Shown in pieces: positions 1 through 9,255 of a stretch of 64,000 nucleotides of DNA (positions are counted from its first letter, which is position 1; each line of letters begins with the position of its first letter). The notes under the pieces were generated by a model. That model was given only the letters and a program-made list of their open reading frames with translations. It searched no databases and was not told the origin of the DNA. Source of the DNA: a virus (Duplodnaviria > Caudoviricetes); IMG/VR virus record IMGVR_UViG_2767802109_000003, positions 15,691-79,690 of that record. The stretch is one strand, 5' to 3'. Made by a program: the position numbers and the translations under genes.

Positions 1-105
1 ACCGGCCAGCCGCTCACCGGCACGGACGCCACGGTCTCTGGCTGGGGCGCTGTCGCTGACTCCTTCGACAACTTCGACCCCGAGGACTCACATGAATCCG
101 CGTGA
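1..105 (+). CDS. C-terminal end of upstream gene, probably the phage replication initiator (partial)
   Basis: Frame 1 open from base 1 to TGA at 103-105 (..LTGTDATVSGWGAVADSF..); sits directly before the helicase-loader-like gene. Confidence 0.4.
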   Translation, partial: TGQPLTGTDATVSGWGAVADSFDNFDPEDSHESA

Positions 106-844
106 AGCGGCCCAGCTGCTGGGTCACTGCGCAGCGTTCGACAACCGCAAGCCGTCCCAGGCCGCCGCCATGGCATGGGCCGCTGCCCTCCACGATGTTC
201 CGTTGGACGACGACGCGAAGAACGCCGTGGCCGCCTACTACACGACCCCGCCGAAGGATCCGGACGCGAAGCTGTGGATCCTGCCGCATCACGTCCGCTC
301 CCTCCGCACGAAGATCCGCAACGCCCGGTTGGAGAACTTCCATTACGAGCCTGTCGGCGACGAGAGCGTCGGCGAGTATCTGGCCCGGCTCCGCGGCCAG
401 GTGCAGGCAATCGCCTCCGGCCGCATAGCCGCTCCCACCGGTCGGCTGGCGCTCGAGGGCGGTCCCTCCCGCGAGTTCGTGGCCGAGTTGGAAGCCCGCG
501 GCTGGGACGGCAACCGCGCGGTGCCCGGCGAGGACGACGAACCGGCGGCCGAGCTGATCGACACGGTGCGCCGTACCGGGCCGCTCGGCGTGGTCTGCCC
601 GATGTGCGCGGCGGAGATTGGTTTCCCGTGCAAGTCGAGCCACGCCACGAAGAAGCACCCGCTCGGCCGGCCGCTCGCCAAGCCGCACACCGCCCGGATC
701 CGGGCCGCGTCCGGTGAGCCGCAGCAGACGCCGGAGCAGCGGGCCGCCGAGGAAGAGCGCATCCGGGCCGCCTCCGCCCGCGCCCTCGCCCGCATCCAGG
801 ACGAGGACATCCCCGACGCCGAGATCGTCGAGGAGGCGTCGTGA
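92..844 (+). CDS. Phage replication protein with G39P-like helicase loader/inhibitor N-terminus and C-terminal zinc finger
   Basis: N-term EAAQLLGHCAAFDNRKPSQAAAMAWAAAL typical of actinophage G39P-like proteins; CPMCAAEIGFPC motif. Confidence 0.65.
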   Translation: MNPREAAQLLGHCAAFDNRKPSQAAAMAWAAALHDVPLDDDAKNAVAAYYTTPPKDPDAKLWILPHHVRSLRTKIRNARLENFHYEPVGDESVGEYLARLRGQVQAIASGRIAAPTGRLALEGGPSREFVAELEARGWDGNRAVPGEDDEPAAELIDTVRRTGPLGVVCPMCAAEIGFPCKSSHATKKHPLGRPLAKPHTARIRAASGEPQQTPEQRAAEEERIRAASARALARIQDEDIPDAEIVEEAS

Positions 845-1227
845 GCGACTTCAGCGAGACGCAGATCGCCGCGGCCCGCCGCGACGGCAGCCTCAAGCAG
901 CTGCTCCGCCAGCAGATCAGTGAAGGCAAAGCCCGCTTCGGTACCGCGGTCGTCAAGGAGTGGCCGTCCGGCCGCCGCAAGGACGTCAACGGCACCACCT
1001 GCCCGCACTGCCACGCCGGACCGGACCAGCGCTGCCACGTCCTCACCCGCGACAAGACCCTGCCGCAGCCGCACCAGCAGCGGATCGCCGTGTGGGCGCA
1101 GACCGTCGCCTGCTGCACCACCTGCCAAGCCGCCCCCGGACAGCGCTGCCACGAAGCCGGACTGCCGCTGCCGCTCAACACCGTCCACGCCACCCGCCAC
1201 ACCGAAGCCGAAAGGACCGCCGCATGA
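841..1227 (+). CDS. Phage zinc-finger protein (two CPxCxAxPGxxC-type motifs)
   Basis: CPHCHAGPDQRC and CTTCQAAPGQRC; GTGA overlap with upstream stop. Confidence 0.7.
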   Translation: MSDFSETQIAAARRDGSLKQLLRQQISEGKARFGTAVVKEWPSGRRKDVNGTTCPHCHAGPDQRCHVLTRDKTLPQPHQQRIAVWAQTVACCTTCQAAPGQRCHEAGLPLPLNTVHATRHTEAERTAA

Positions 1228-1460
1228 GCGCCTGGCACACGGCCCGCGCGACGTGGGTCACCGCCGACGAGCAGGACATCGAGTTCGTCGTCCGCGACCG
1301 GCTCCCCGACTGGGGCCTCACCCGTCGCAGCCGGCGCATCGCTGCCCAACAGTTGACCGAGCGCGACGTGTCCGTCGAGGAGATCGCCGAACTGATCGGC
1401 GTCACGCCCCGCACCGTCTACCGGTGGCGCGCAGAGGGCTTCCAGGAGGCCGCCGCGTGA
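1224..1460 (+). CDS. Small helix-turn-helix protein
   Basis: SVEEIAELIGVTPRTVYRWR HTH; ATGA coupling. Confidence 0.7.
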   Translation: MSAWHTARATWVTADEQDIEFVVRDRLPDWGLTRRSRRIAAQQLTERDVSVEEIAELIGVTPRTVYRWRAEGFQEAAA

Positions 1461-1566
1461 CCGCCGCCTCCGGTCCGACGCCGCCGCCGGACGCCTGCAC
1501 CTGCGCCCGCTGCGGCGGCAACCCCGCCAGCACCGCCGTACACCGGCCCCAGGAAGGGAACGCCGC

Positions 1567-2544
1567 ATGATCGTCGACCTGTTCGCCGGCCCCGGTGGCT
1601 TGGATCACGGCGCCGACCTCGCCCGGGTTCCGTCGATCGGTATCGAGTGGGACGCCAACGCCGTCGCCACCCGTGTGGCCGCTGGGCTGGCCACGGTGCA
1701 CGGCGACGTCCGCCGGTACGGGCCCGCCGACTTCCCCGACGCCACCGTCTTGGCGGGCGGGCCGCCCTGTCAGACGTTCACCGTCGCCGGCGGGGGAGCG
1801 GGCCGTGCCGCCCTCGCCGACGTCCTGCATGCGGTCCGTCGTATGGGCGCCCGCAAGCCCGTCGACCCGATGCTGCTCGGCGACGAGCGCACCGGGCTGG
1901 TCCTCGAGCCCCTCCGCTGGGCACTCGAAGCCGCCGATGCCGGGCGCCCGTTCGAGGCGATCGTTCTCGAGCAGGTGCAGCAGGTGCAGCAGGTGTGGCA
2001 CGCCTACGCCGAAGTGCTGCGCGTCGAGGGCTACTCGGTGGCGACCGGCGTGCTGCGCACGGAGCAGCACGGGCTGGCGCAGACCAGGCGCCGCGCGGTG
2101 CTCGTGGCACGCCTGGGCGGGCCTGTGGCGCTCCCGGAGCCGTTGAGGCGCCCGTACCGGCAGGGGATCGCCCAGGGCGCGGGAGACGCCCGCCTGCAGC
2201 CGTGGCGGTCCATGGCCGACGTACTGCCCGACCGCGGCGAGTTCACGGTGATCTCCAACTACGGCACCGGCGGCGACCCGCGGAACCGGGGCAGGCGCCA
2301 CAGCAGCGAACCGGCATTCACCGTCACCGGCAAGATCAACCGCAACCGGATCATCGACGCAGCCGGCCGCGAACTCCCGCGGTTCACCCACGCCGAAGCT
2401 GGCGTACTGCAGGGCTTCCCCGCCGACTGGCCCTGGACCGGCAACGACATCGCCCAGCAGATCGGCAACGCCTGCCCGCCGCTGCTCGCCGCCGACCTCG
2501 TGGAAGTCGCCGTCGGCCAGCAGGCGGAGGTGATCGCCGCGTGA
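1567..2544 (+). CDS. DNA (cytosine-5) methyltransferase, orphan
   Basis: Motif I DLFAGPGG, IV GGPPCQ, VI EQV, VIII QTRRR, IX RFTHAEAGVLQGFP, X QQIGNA. Confidence 0.93.
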   Translation: MIVDLFAGPGGLDHGADLARVPSIGIEWDANAVATRVAAGLATVHGDVRRYGPADFPDATVLAGGPPCQTFTVAGGGAGRAALADVLHAVRRMGARKPVDPMLLGDERTGLVLEPLRWALEAADAGRPFEAIVLEQVQQVQQVWHAYAEVLRVEGYSVATGVLRTEQHGLAQTRRRAVLVARLGGPVALPEPLRRPYRQGIAQGAGDARLQPWRSMADVLPDRGEFTVISNYGTGGDPRNRGRRHSSEPAFTVTGKINRNRIIDAAGRELPRFTHAEAGVLQGFPADWPWTGNDIAQQIGNACPPLLAADLVEVAVGQQAEVIAA

Positions 2545-2750
2545 GCGCCGACGCCTACCTGGTCATCCGCTGCGACGTGGCGGACGAGACGCAGATCGAC
2601 GGCCGGTGCGCCTCCGAAGGCACGTGGTCGGTCCGGCACGACCCGCACACCCACCGTGAACCCCGTCGGCTGCTGAAGGTCCACCGCGGCTGGCGGCGCA
2701 CTCGAGACGGCCGGGACATCTGCCCCGACCACACGATGGAGGCGGCCTGA
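2541..2750 (+). CDS. Small Cys-containing phage protein
   Basis: GTGA-coupled; IRCD...C...GW...DICPDH zinc-ribbon pattern. Confidence 0.6.
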   Translation: MSADAYLVIRCDVADETQIDGRCASEGTWSVRHDPHTHREPRRLLKVHRGWRRTRDGRDICPDHTMEAA

Positions 2751-2947
2751 TGTCCCGCTGCGCGGCGTGTGGCCGGCGTCTGCGCCGCCCGTCCCCGTCC
2801 GGGCTGGGACCGGTGTGTGCCCGCCGCCTCCAGCCCGCCCCCGCCCGACCTCGGTCGATCCGGGCCACCGAACCGCCGGCCGAACCCATACCCGGCCAGA
2901 CCGAGATCGAACTGATCCCCATGCAGCCCAGCCTCTGGTCGCTGTGA
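2750..2947 (+). CDS. DUF6011-like zinc-ribbon protein
   Basis: CAACGRRLRRPSPSGLGPVC pattern. Confidence 0.65.
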   Translation: MSRCAACGRRLRRPSPSGLGPVCARRLQPAPARPRSIRATEPPAEPIPGQTEIELIPMQPSLWSL

Positions 2948-2970
2948 CCAGCCAACCCGAAGGAGAACCG

Positions 2971-3456
2971 ATGACCGACCACCCGTACACCGATGACGAC
3001 CTCCGTGCCGAAGCCGCCCGCCAACACGCCACCCTCACCGAGGACCCCGACTTCATGGGCGTCGGCGAGCAGATGGAAGACGGTTGGGTCCCGTCTGTCG
3101 AGACAACTGAGGACGGCAGCGGACGCACCTGGAAGCAGCTCCTCGTCGTCGAGGACGAGACCGGGGACGACGAGGACTACGCCGCGTTCGGCGAGGCGCA
3201 GCGGAAGATCCACGCCCTGATCAACGGCGCGGCGGACGTGTCCGCGTGGGCCGTCAACCTCGGCGCCGACGGACTGGAGCCCTCCACCGAGCATGCGATC
3301 ACCCTCAACGCGGGCCGGCCGATCGCCCGGATCCACTTCGCGTTCGAACCGGGCATGTCCGAGGAGATGCGGACGCTGCTCGTCGAGGGCATCGGTGACG
3401 CGATCAACGAGGCCGGTGCCGAGTCCGAGCAGCCGGCCGCCGAGGCGCAGCAGTGA
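2971..3456 (+). CDS. Hypothetical phage protein
   Basis: AGGAG RBS, ATG 2971, MTDHPYTDDDLRAEAARQH; high GC3 codon pattern. Confidence 0.75.
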   Translation: MTDHPYTDDDLRAEAARQHATLTEDPDFMGVGEQMEDGWVPSVETTEDGSGRTWKQLLVVEDETGDDEDYAAFGEAQRKIHALINGAADVSAWAVNLGADGLEPSTEHAITLNAGRPIARIHFAFEPGMSEEMRTLLVEGIGDAINEAGAESEQPAAEAQQ

Positions 3457-3665
3457 CCGCACAGTCGATCGGTGTCGAGGTGTCCTGCGACGGGCCGGAC
3501 GAGAAGACCGACTGCCCGGACAGTGCTGCCGTCCGCTCTCGGGTCACGTCGTACACCGCTCCGCAAGTCCGGGCCGATGGCCGTCGTCAGGGGTGGGCCG
3601 TCCGGCGCCGCAACGGCCACATCGTCGACCTCTGCCCCGCATGCCGTACCCACCCCACCTCGTGA
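3453..3665 (+). CDS. Small zinc-ribbon phage protein
   Basis: GTGA coupling; SCDG..C ... GW ... DLCPAC. Confidence 0.6.
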   Translation: MTAQSIGVEVSCDGPDEKTDCPDSAAVRSRVTSYTAPQVRADGRRQGWAVRRRNGHIVDLCPACRTHPTS

Positions 3666-3733
3666 ACGCGGCGACCCGGCGTGCCTGTAACACGCCGGGT
3701 CTGTCCCGGACCCTACCCGCCCCGGAGTCCCCG

Positions 3734-3940
3734 ATGACCTTCCCCGTCCACCCATGGGCTGGCGATCACGTGGGCCGTGCCTTCGCCGGCGTCCACGCGG
3801 AGGCCGCCTGCCCGTATCCCACCGCCCCCTGCGGCCTCGTCTACGCGGACCGGATCCGCCCGGACTGCCCGACCCACGCCGCCGCCCGATCGATGCGGCA
3901 ATCCCACCCCACCCACAACTGCCCCGGAGGAACCACGTGA
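3734..3940 (+). CDS. Small Cys/His-rich hypothetical protein
   Basis: GGAG RBS, ATG 3734; HAEAACPYPTAPCGL...CPTH...HPTHNCP. Confidence 0.5.
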   Translation: MTFPVHPWAGDHVGRAFAGVHAEAACPYPTAPCGLVYADRIRPDCPTHAAARSMRQSHPTHNCPGGTT

Positions 3941-4230
3941 GCGAGCAGACGATCACCATCGACGGCCAGTCCGTCCCGCTCGACGACGTCATCTGGCTGG
4001 AGCGCCACCCGTGCGGCTGCGTCGTCTCCGGCGTCGTGGCCGTCGTCGCCAACGAATGGACGCTGGCCACCGCCGACGACGCCGCCCGCCACATCCACGA
4101 CACCGACGGGGAACGCCAGCGAGCCGCCGGGCAGGGCCTCACGTTCGAGCCCGTCACCGGCCTGCGCTACCGCACCCAGTTCGCGGGCCGCTGGCACTGC
4201 GAACGCCACGCCCGACCGGCCTCCGCGTAG
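3937..4230 (+). CDS. Hypothetical phage protein
   Basis: GGAGG RBS, GTGA coupling; MSEQTITIDGQSVPLDD. Confidence 0.7.
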   Translation: MSEQTITIDGQSVPLDDVIWLERHPCGCVVSGVVAVVANEWTLATADDAARHIHDTDGERQRAAGQGLTFEPVTGLRYRTQFAGRWHCERHARPASA

Positions 4231-4289
4231 GGGGACCGGTGGTGTTGAAACCCCCGCCGCACACGCGGCCCGAACCCAGGAGAAACCCG

Positions 4290-4523
4290 ATGCCGTACCC
4301 GCCCGCCGACGACCGTCTGCGGCACCTGCTGGCCCAACGGATCAACTGTCACGTCGACACGTGGAGGCTCGCGTTCTTCATCGCTGGCGCGATCGTCGAC
4401 GACCCGGAGATCCGCGCCGAGATGAAGCGCATCGCCGACGCCCACGCCTCGGGTCAGCCGTGCGGCGACCGCAACTGCCGCGCCTGCTTCGAGACGGTCA
4501 GCGGCGCCCCGACCACCCCGTGA
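4290..4523 (+). CDS. Hypothetical phage protein
   Basis: AGGAG RBS; C-terminal PCGDRNCRAC. Confidence 0.65.
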   Translation: MPYPPADDRLRHLLAQRINCHVDTWRLAFFIAGAIVDDPEIRAEMKRIADAHASGQPCGDRNCRACFETVSGAPTTP

Positions 4524-4600
4524 CAGCCGGCAGCCCGGGGCGCCGGTAACACGCCGGGCCTGGCCCTGATCATCCCACCCCGACCCCGCCTGGAGAACCG

Positions 4601-4861
4601 ATGACCGACCAGACCACCGAGGACGACGAGCGGGCAGCCCGTAACGCGTGGCTGCTGAGCCTGTCCGTCAACCAGATCACGCGCTTCGGCACGGAGACGA
4701 TGCTCGACTGGCTCGACGCCCGCCGGGAGTGGCGCGTCGCCCGGTTGCGCGCGGCGTGCCGGGACCTCCGCGAGCAGAGCGAGGCCCGAGAGCGAAGCCA
4801 CGCCCGTCTTGCCGCGCTGCTCTCAACCGCTCCGCACACGCCGCTTGGAGGAACCCGATGA
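4601..4861 (+). CDS. Hypothetical phage protein
   Basis: GGAG RBS; MTDQTT start. Confidence 0.6.
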   Translation: MTDQTTEDDERAARNAWLLSLSVNQITRFGTETMLDWLDARREWRVARLRAACRDLREQSEARERSHARLAALLSTAPHTPLGGTR

Positions 4862-6339
4862 CCGATCAGACCACCACCGACCGCGATCGCCGTGACCGGT
4901 ACATCGAGACGCTGCGAGCAGTCGAGACCGGCATGGACTACACGTCCGTGGTTGCCGTTGCCGAGGAGGCGATGGAGCTCGCCGACGAGGAGATTGCCGC
5001 TGCTCGGTACAGCCGAGCGCTGGCCACGCCTCCGTCGGCAGAGAACGCGACGTTCATCGGCAACCGACTTGCTGCCCCGCTGCCGCCTGCCGTGCAGACT
5101 CCGATCCGTGAGCAGCTCCTGAACGCGCTGGACTTCTCGTTCTGCCAGTCCCTGGGCTACAGCACGCCGGAGGGGCTGCTGGCCGCCTACGAGGCCAGCC
5201 GGACACAGACCGTGGACGACAGGGCGCTGGAGGCCCTGTCCGACACCCTGTACGACGCGCTGTACGCGATCACCCCGTTCGCGGAGCAGCACTTCGCCGA
5301 CGAGCGGGAGGGGCTGCGGAACGCGGTCCGTGCCGTCCTGAAGCAGGCCGCCGTGCTGCCCGCGACCACCAACCACGACACCGACACGAGCGCCTCGCAC
5401 CGGTGCGCCGACTGCGGGGGCGGATTCATCCCGGGCAGCGACGTGGAGTTGACGCACAACTGCGACAACCACCGGAGTGCCGAACCGGCGACCGACGGTG
5501 ACGCCTCCGATGACCGGCGTCAGCGGTATGCAACCCCGCTGTACGCGATCATGCGGCAGAACGGTTGGGATGGGGAACGCACCGAGCGCGTGGTGCGGGA
5601 GATGGACCTCGTCCTTGACGCGGTGACGGTCGTCGCGGACGCCGAGCAGCAGGATCTGCGCGCCCAGATCGCGAACCTCCGCACGATGTACGCCGCGTCC
5701 GAGGCCCGGGTGAGCGACCTCATCGACGAGCGGGACCAGCTGCTGGAGACGCGCACCGACCGCCGCGCCGTCCTCCGTGAAGCCGCCGACCGGATCGACA
5801 ACGAGGAACTGCCGCCGGACTACGTGGACATGTTCGACAACGGCGCGCGGTGGGCCGCGAAGCTGCTGCGTCGTGTGGCCGACGAGACGGCAGCCACCGA
5901 GACGCAGCCTACTGACCTCCCGGCCCTCGCCGCCGCGCTCGACGGCTTCGCCACGCTCCTGGCCACCAGCAGCCGCGACTGGGGCGTCTACCGCGTCGAC
6001 GCCTGGCTGTACGCCGTCATCTGCGGCTGGGACTGCGAGCAGACCGAACACGACGCCACCTGCACGCATGGCGCCCTTGAGGAGATGGCCGAGCTGCACG
6101 GCTGGGACGACGCGACGGTGGCCAAGGCGCGCCGCTACCGGGCCGCCGTCCGGGCACTTGTGGAGACGCACCAGCCCGCCGTCGAGCAGCCGTTCGTCCC
6201 ACCCGCCCACTACCGCCGCGACGACGACGTGGACTGCTGCGTCCACGCCATCCCCGTCGGCCCCGACTCCTGCCGGGCATGCCGGGAGCTGGCCGACGCG
6301 GAGGCCGCCGCCGGGGCGCGGCAGGACGGGGAGGCCTGA
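4858..6339 (+). CDS. Mosaic multi-segment hypothetical phage protein (493 aa)
   Basis: GGAGG RBS, ATGA coupling; coiled-coil segment and short Cys motifs (CADCGG, CCVH..CRAC). Confidence 0.75.
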   Translation: MTDQTTTDRDRRDRYIETLRAVETGMDYTSVVAVAEEAMELADEEIAAARYSRALATPPSAENATFIGNRLAAPLPPAVQTPIREQLLNALDFSFCQSLGYSTPEGLLAAYEASRTQTVDDRALEALSDTLYDALYAITPFAEQHFADEREGLRNAVRAVLKQAAVLPATTNHDTDTSASHRCADCGGGFIPGSDVELTHNCDNHRSAEPATDGDASDDRRQRYATPLYAIMRQNGWDGERTERVVREMDLVLDAVTVVADAEQQDLRAQIANLRTMYAASEARVSDLIDERDQLLETRTDRRAVLREAADRIDNEELPPDYVDMFDNGARWAAKLLRRVADETAATETQPTDLPALAAALDGFATLLATSSRDWGVYRVDAWLYAVICGWDCEQTEHDATCTHGALEEMAELHGWDDATVAKARRYRAAVRALVETHQPAVEQPFVPPAHYRRDDDVDCCVHAIPVGPDSCRACRELADAEAAAGARQDGEA

Positions 6340-6341
6340 CC

Positions 6342-6530
6342 ATGGACCGCCAACTGAACGCCTGCGGGTTCTCGTCCGAGACCATCGCCGCCGAGTACGA
6401 GACCGACGCCGCCCTCGCCGAGGCCGGAATGGACATGGCCGACCCGTACTTCCTGGCCGCGTTCCGGGCCGAAGACGAACAGCGCGCCCTGGACTGGCAG
6501 GTCAAGGCGCGGCAGGACGGGGCGCAGTGA
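6342..6530 (+). CDS. Small acidic hypothetical protein
   Basis: ATG 6342 after GGGGAGG; flanked by 17-bp direct repeats. Confidence 0.55.
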   Translation: MDRQLNACGFSSETIAAEYETDAALAEAGMDMADPYFLAAFRAEDEQRALDWQVKARQDGAQ

Positions 6531-6838
6531 CCGACCTCGCCGCCCGCCGTACCGCCGCCCTGGCCGCTCTGGCCCGCCGCCACCTTCCCGCCGGGCAATT
6601 CCCGGGGGAGACCCGGCCGTCGGGGGACTTGCCGACGGATTGGCGGGAGGCGCTCGCCTACCTCGACGCCCGGGACCGGATGGAGGGCGGGGAGGCACCT
6701 CCGCCCGCCGGAGCCCCACGAGAGGCGCCAGGGGCCTGCTGTGGCCTCTGGCGCCCCCTCCGGCGGGTCTCGCGACGCCGGAACCCCTTTCAAGGCCTCT
6801 CAGGGCCCTTCAAAGCCTTTCGATCATCAGGAGACGAC

Positions 6839-7045
6839 ATGGCCAACTCCCCCTACCCCTATCGCGTCCGGCTTCACGGCGGCCGGAATGTCCACGCCGC
6901 CCGCGACGTGAACGGCGGCCCCAACCGGACCACGGCGTGCGGCTACTACCTGCCCGCCGAGTCCCGCGACCACGGCGTCACGCCCATCGCAGACGTCGAA
7001 TGCCAGGCCTGCCTGCGCGAGATGCGGCGAGGCACCCAGCCGTGA
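6839..7045 (+). CDS. Small zinc-binding hypothetical protein (frame also open from GTG 6527)
   Basis: AGGAG RBS before ATG 6839; HAA..TACG...VECQAC. Confidence 0.55.
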   Translation: MANSPYPYRVRLHGGRNVHAARDVNGGPNRTTACGYYLPAESRDHGVTPIADVECQACLREMRRGTQP

Positions 7046-7218
7046 CCGCGGGCCCGCTCCCGTTCTGCGACCCCATGTGGACCGACGCGGAACTCGACGA
7101 CACCACCCCCGACGATCCCCGGCTCCGCGACCTCCGCGGCCAAGGACTCACCGCCGTACAGCTGCACACGATCACCGACATACCGCTCGCCACCGACCAC
7201 CTCACCGAAAGGAACCCC

Positions 7219-7548
7219 ATGATCAGCAACGAGCAGTGGGCCACCATCCGCGGCCTCGTCACCTGGCTCGACGCCCACAACGGCCGCGGCGACGAGGAGG
7301 TCGCCCTGCGAATCCTCAAGCTCACGGAGGAGGCAGGTGAAGTCGCCCAGGCTTGGATCGGCTTCAAGGGCCAGAACCCGCGGAAGCGCAACGGCTACAC
7401 GCGGCCCCTGCCGGCGGACGTCGCCGACGAGTTGTGCGACGTGATCGTCACGGCTGCTGTCGCTCTCGGCTCGGTCGTGGACGACCCTGAGGCGCACTTC
7501 AACGCCAAGCTCGCGAAGATCGCCGCCCGTTCCCAGGCGGCCACCTGA
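7219..7548 (+). CDS. mazG: MazG-like nucleotide pyrophosphohydrolase
   Basis: KLTEEAGEVAQA ... VADELCDVIV = ExxE/ExxD MazG signature; AAGGA RBS. Confidence 0.88.
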   Translation: MISNEQWATIRGLVTWLDAHNGRGDEEVALRILKLTEEAGEVAQAWIGFKGQNPRKRNGYTRPLPADVADELCDVIVTAAVALGSVVDDPEAHFNAKLAKIAARSQAAT

Positions 7549-7808
7549 TGCCCAGCGTGATCAGGGCCGCCGCTGTCGCCCGCATCCTCGAGCCCTACCC
7601 GCCGTCCGAATGGACCGGCGAAGGCTGGATCCCCGGCTGGCGTGCCGCCCAGGCCGGGCGGCGGCAGGTCAACGTCTTCCACGACGGGCCCGGCGAACAG
7701 GACGGCCTCGAGAAGTACCGGCTCGAACTCCAAGCCGCCGGCTACTGCGTGATCCCCGACCAGCAGCCCGGCGGCGGACGACGACGCCTCCACGTCACCC
7801 GACCGTGA
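7548..7808 (+). CDS. Hypothetical phage protein
   Basis: TGATG coupling; plausible globular sequence. Confidence 0.65.
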   Translation: MPSVIRAAAVARILEPYPPSEWTGEGWIPGWRAAQAGRRQVNVFHDGPGEQDGLEKYRLELQAAGYCVIPDQQPGGGRRRLHVTRP

Positions 7809-7860
7809 ATCGCCCGCCGCCGCCCCAGATCGGGGCGGCGGCCCGAGAAAGGCCAGCACC

Positions 7861-8061
7861 ATGACCGCAGCGAAGCCGGCCGAGCACCTGCCGCCCAGGC
7901 CGTCCACCCGCCGCAAGTACATCAACGCCGCCGCCGAGCGGCTCCTCGCCGACTGCTTCCCCGGCATGATCCCCGCCGCCGTCATCGAAGACGCCCTCCG
8001 GCAGAAAGCCATCCGTGAAGGACGCCTCACCCCGCCCAGCCAGACCAGGAGGACACCGTGA
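7861..8061 (+). CDS. Hypothetical protein
   Basis: ORF coupled (GTGA) to LuxR gene. Confidence 0.5.
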   Translation: MTAAKPAEHLPPRPSTRRKYINAAAERLLADCFPGMIPAAVIEDALRQKAIREGRLTPPSQTRRTP

Positions 8062-8390
8062 ACCTCACCGACCACGAGCTGCGCGTCCTCCGGCTCGTCT
8101 CACAGGGCCGCACTCACCAGGAGATCGCCGACGAACTGGTGATGACCGCGAAGGGCGTCACCCCGACCGTCAACCGGGCCATCCGGAAGCTCGGCGCCCG
8201 CAACGCCCCGCACGCCGTCCACCTCGCCTGGCAGGCCGGGATCCTCCGCCGTGAACGACACGGCGACCACGCCGGATTCGCCGCCCACGTCCGCCGCGGC
8301 GAAGACCCGTGGGCCTGCCAGCAAGGCTGCCCCGAAGGAGAGCGTGCCTACCGGGCCGGACGACGACAGCAACGGAAGGAAGCCGCATGA
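8058..8390 (+). CDS. LuxR/GerE-type HTH transcriptional regulator
   Basis: LTDHELRVLRLVSQGRTHQEIADEL..V..AIRKLGARN..HAV; extra C-terminal HG...C...C motif. Confidence 0.88.
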   Translation: MNLTDHELRVLRLVSQGRTHQEIADELVMTAKGVTPTVNRAIRKLGARNAPHAVHLAWQAGILRRERHGDHAGFAAHVRRGEDPWACQQGCPEGERAYRAGRRQQRKEAA

Positions 8391-8827
8391 AGCCCTACCG
8401 CGTCCTCGTGACCGGCAGTCGGGACTGGGTCACGCCCGAGACGGTGTGGGCCGCCCTGAACGACGTCCGCACCGAGGCTCTCCTCGCCGGCCGGCCACTG
8501 GTCGTCGTCCACGGCGCCTGCCCGACCGGGGCCGATCTGCACGCAGCCCAGTGGGCCGACATCGCCGGGCAGTTCAGCCGCCAGGTCACAGCCGAAGACC
8601 ACCCCGCCCAAGGTCATCCGACGCAGGACTTCGGGCCCTGGCCGGCCGCCGGGCCGCGCCGCAACGCCTACATGGTCAACCTCGGCGCGGATGTCGCCCT
8701 CGCGTTCATCGGCCCGTGCACCAGCCCTCGCTGCCGGAAACCCCGACCCCACCCCAGCCACGGCGCATCCAACTGCGCCGACCTCGCCGAGAGCGCCGGC
8801 ATCCCCGTTCGAAGGAGCTTCACATGA
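8387..8827 (+). CDS. SLOG superfamily protein (DUF2493/YspA-like)
   Basis: RVLVTGSRDW, VVVHGACPTGAD, AAGPRRNAYMV. Confidence 0.85.
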   Translation: MKPYRVLVTGSRDWVTPETVWAALNDVRTEALLAGRPLVVVHGACPTGADLHAAQWADIAGQFSRQVTAEDHPAQGHPTQDFGPWPAAGPRRNAYMVNLGADVALAFIGPCTSPRCRKPRPHPSHGASNCADLAESAGIPVRRSFT

Positions 8828-9255
8828 CCGACCAGCCCGCAACCCGCACCCAACGGCAAGCGATCACGAAGGCCATCGTCGCGAGGGAGGCCGCCGGTAT
8901 CCCGCAGCAGCTCCGGGCCCGCGCCTTCAACGCCGTCGGCCCCGCCCTCCAGGCCCGCGGCGAATGGCTGCGCCTCACAGCCAGGCAGACTGTCGCCGAC
9001 GCTGTCCTCGCCGCGATCAAGCCCGAACTCGACGCCTACCTGCGCTACGAGAACACGATCACCTGGATGACGACTTGCACCTCCTGCGCGACCGTCCTCG
9101 ACAACGCCGCCCGCGACTTCGAGCGCGCCGACCGAGCCGAGGCCGCCCTCGCCAAAGCCTGGCGCATCCACCGAGAGACCTGTCCCCTCGCCCGCGGAGA
9201 CGTCGACGCCGGCTTCGCGTGCTCCACGTGCGACGCCCTGAAGGAGCAGCCGTGA
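8824..9255 (+). CDS. Hypothetical phage protein
   Basis: AGGAG RBS, ATGA coupling; CTSC and CSTC motifs. Confidence 0.65.
   Translation: MTDQPATRTQRQAITKAIVAREAAGIPQQLRARAFNAVGPALQARGEWLRLTARQTVADAVLAAIKPELDAYLRYENTITWMTTCTSCATVLDNAARDFERADRAEAALAKAWRIHRETCPLARGDVDAGFACSTCDALKEQP

Noticed and set aside
5777-7045. 422-aa ORF as a single gene
   Set aside because: 5' part overlaps the better-supported 4858-6339 and 6342-6530 genes in another frame; only the GTG 6527 or ATG 6839 portion looks coding
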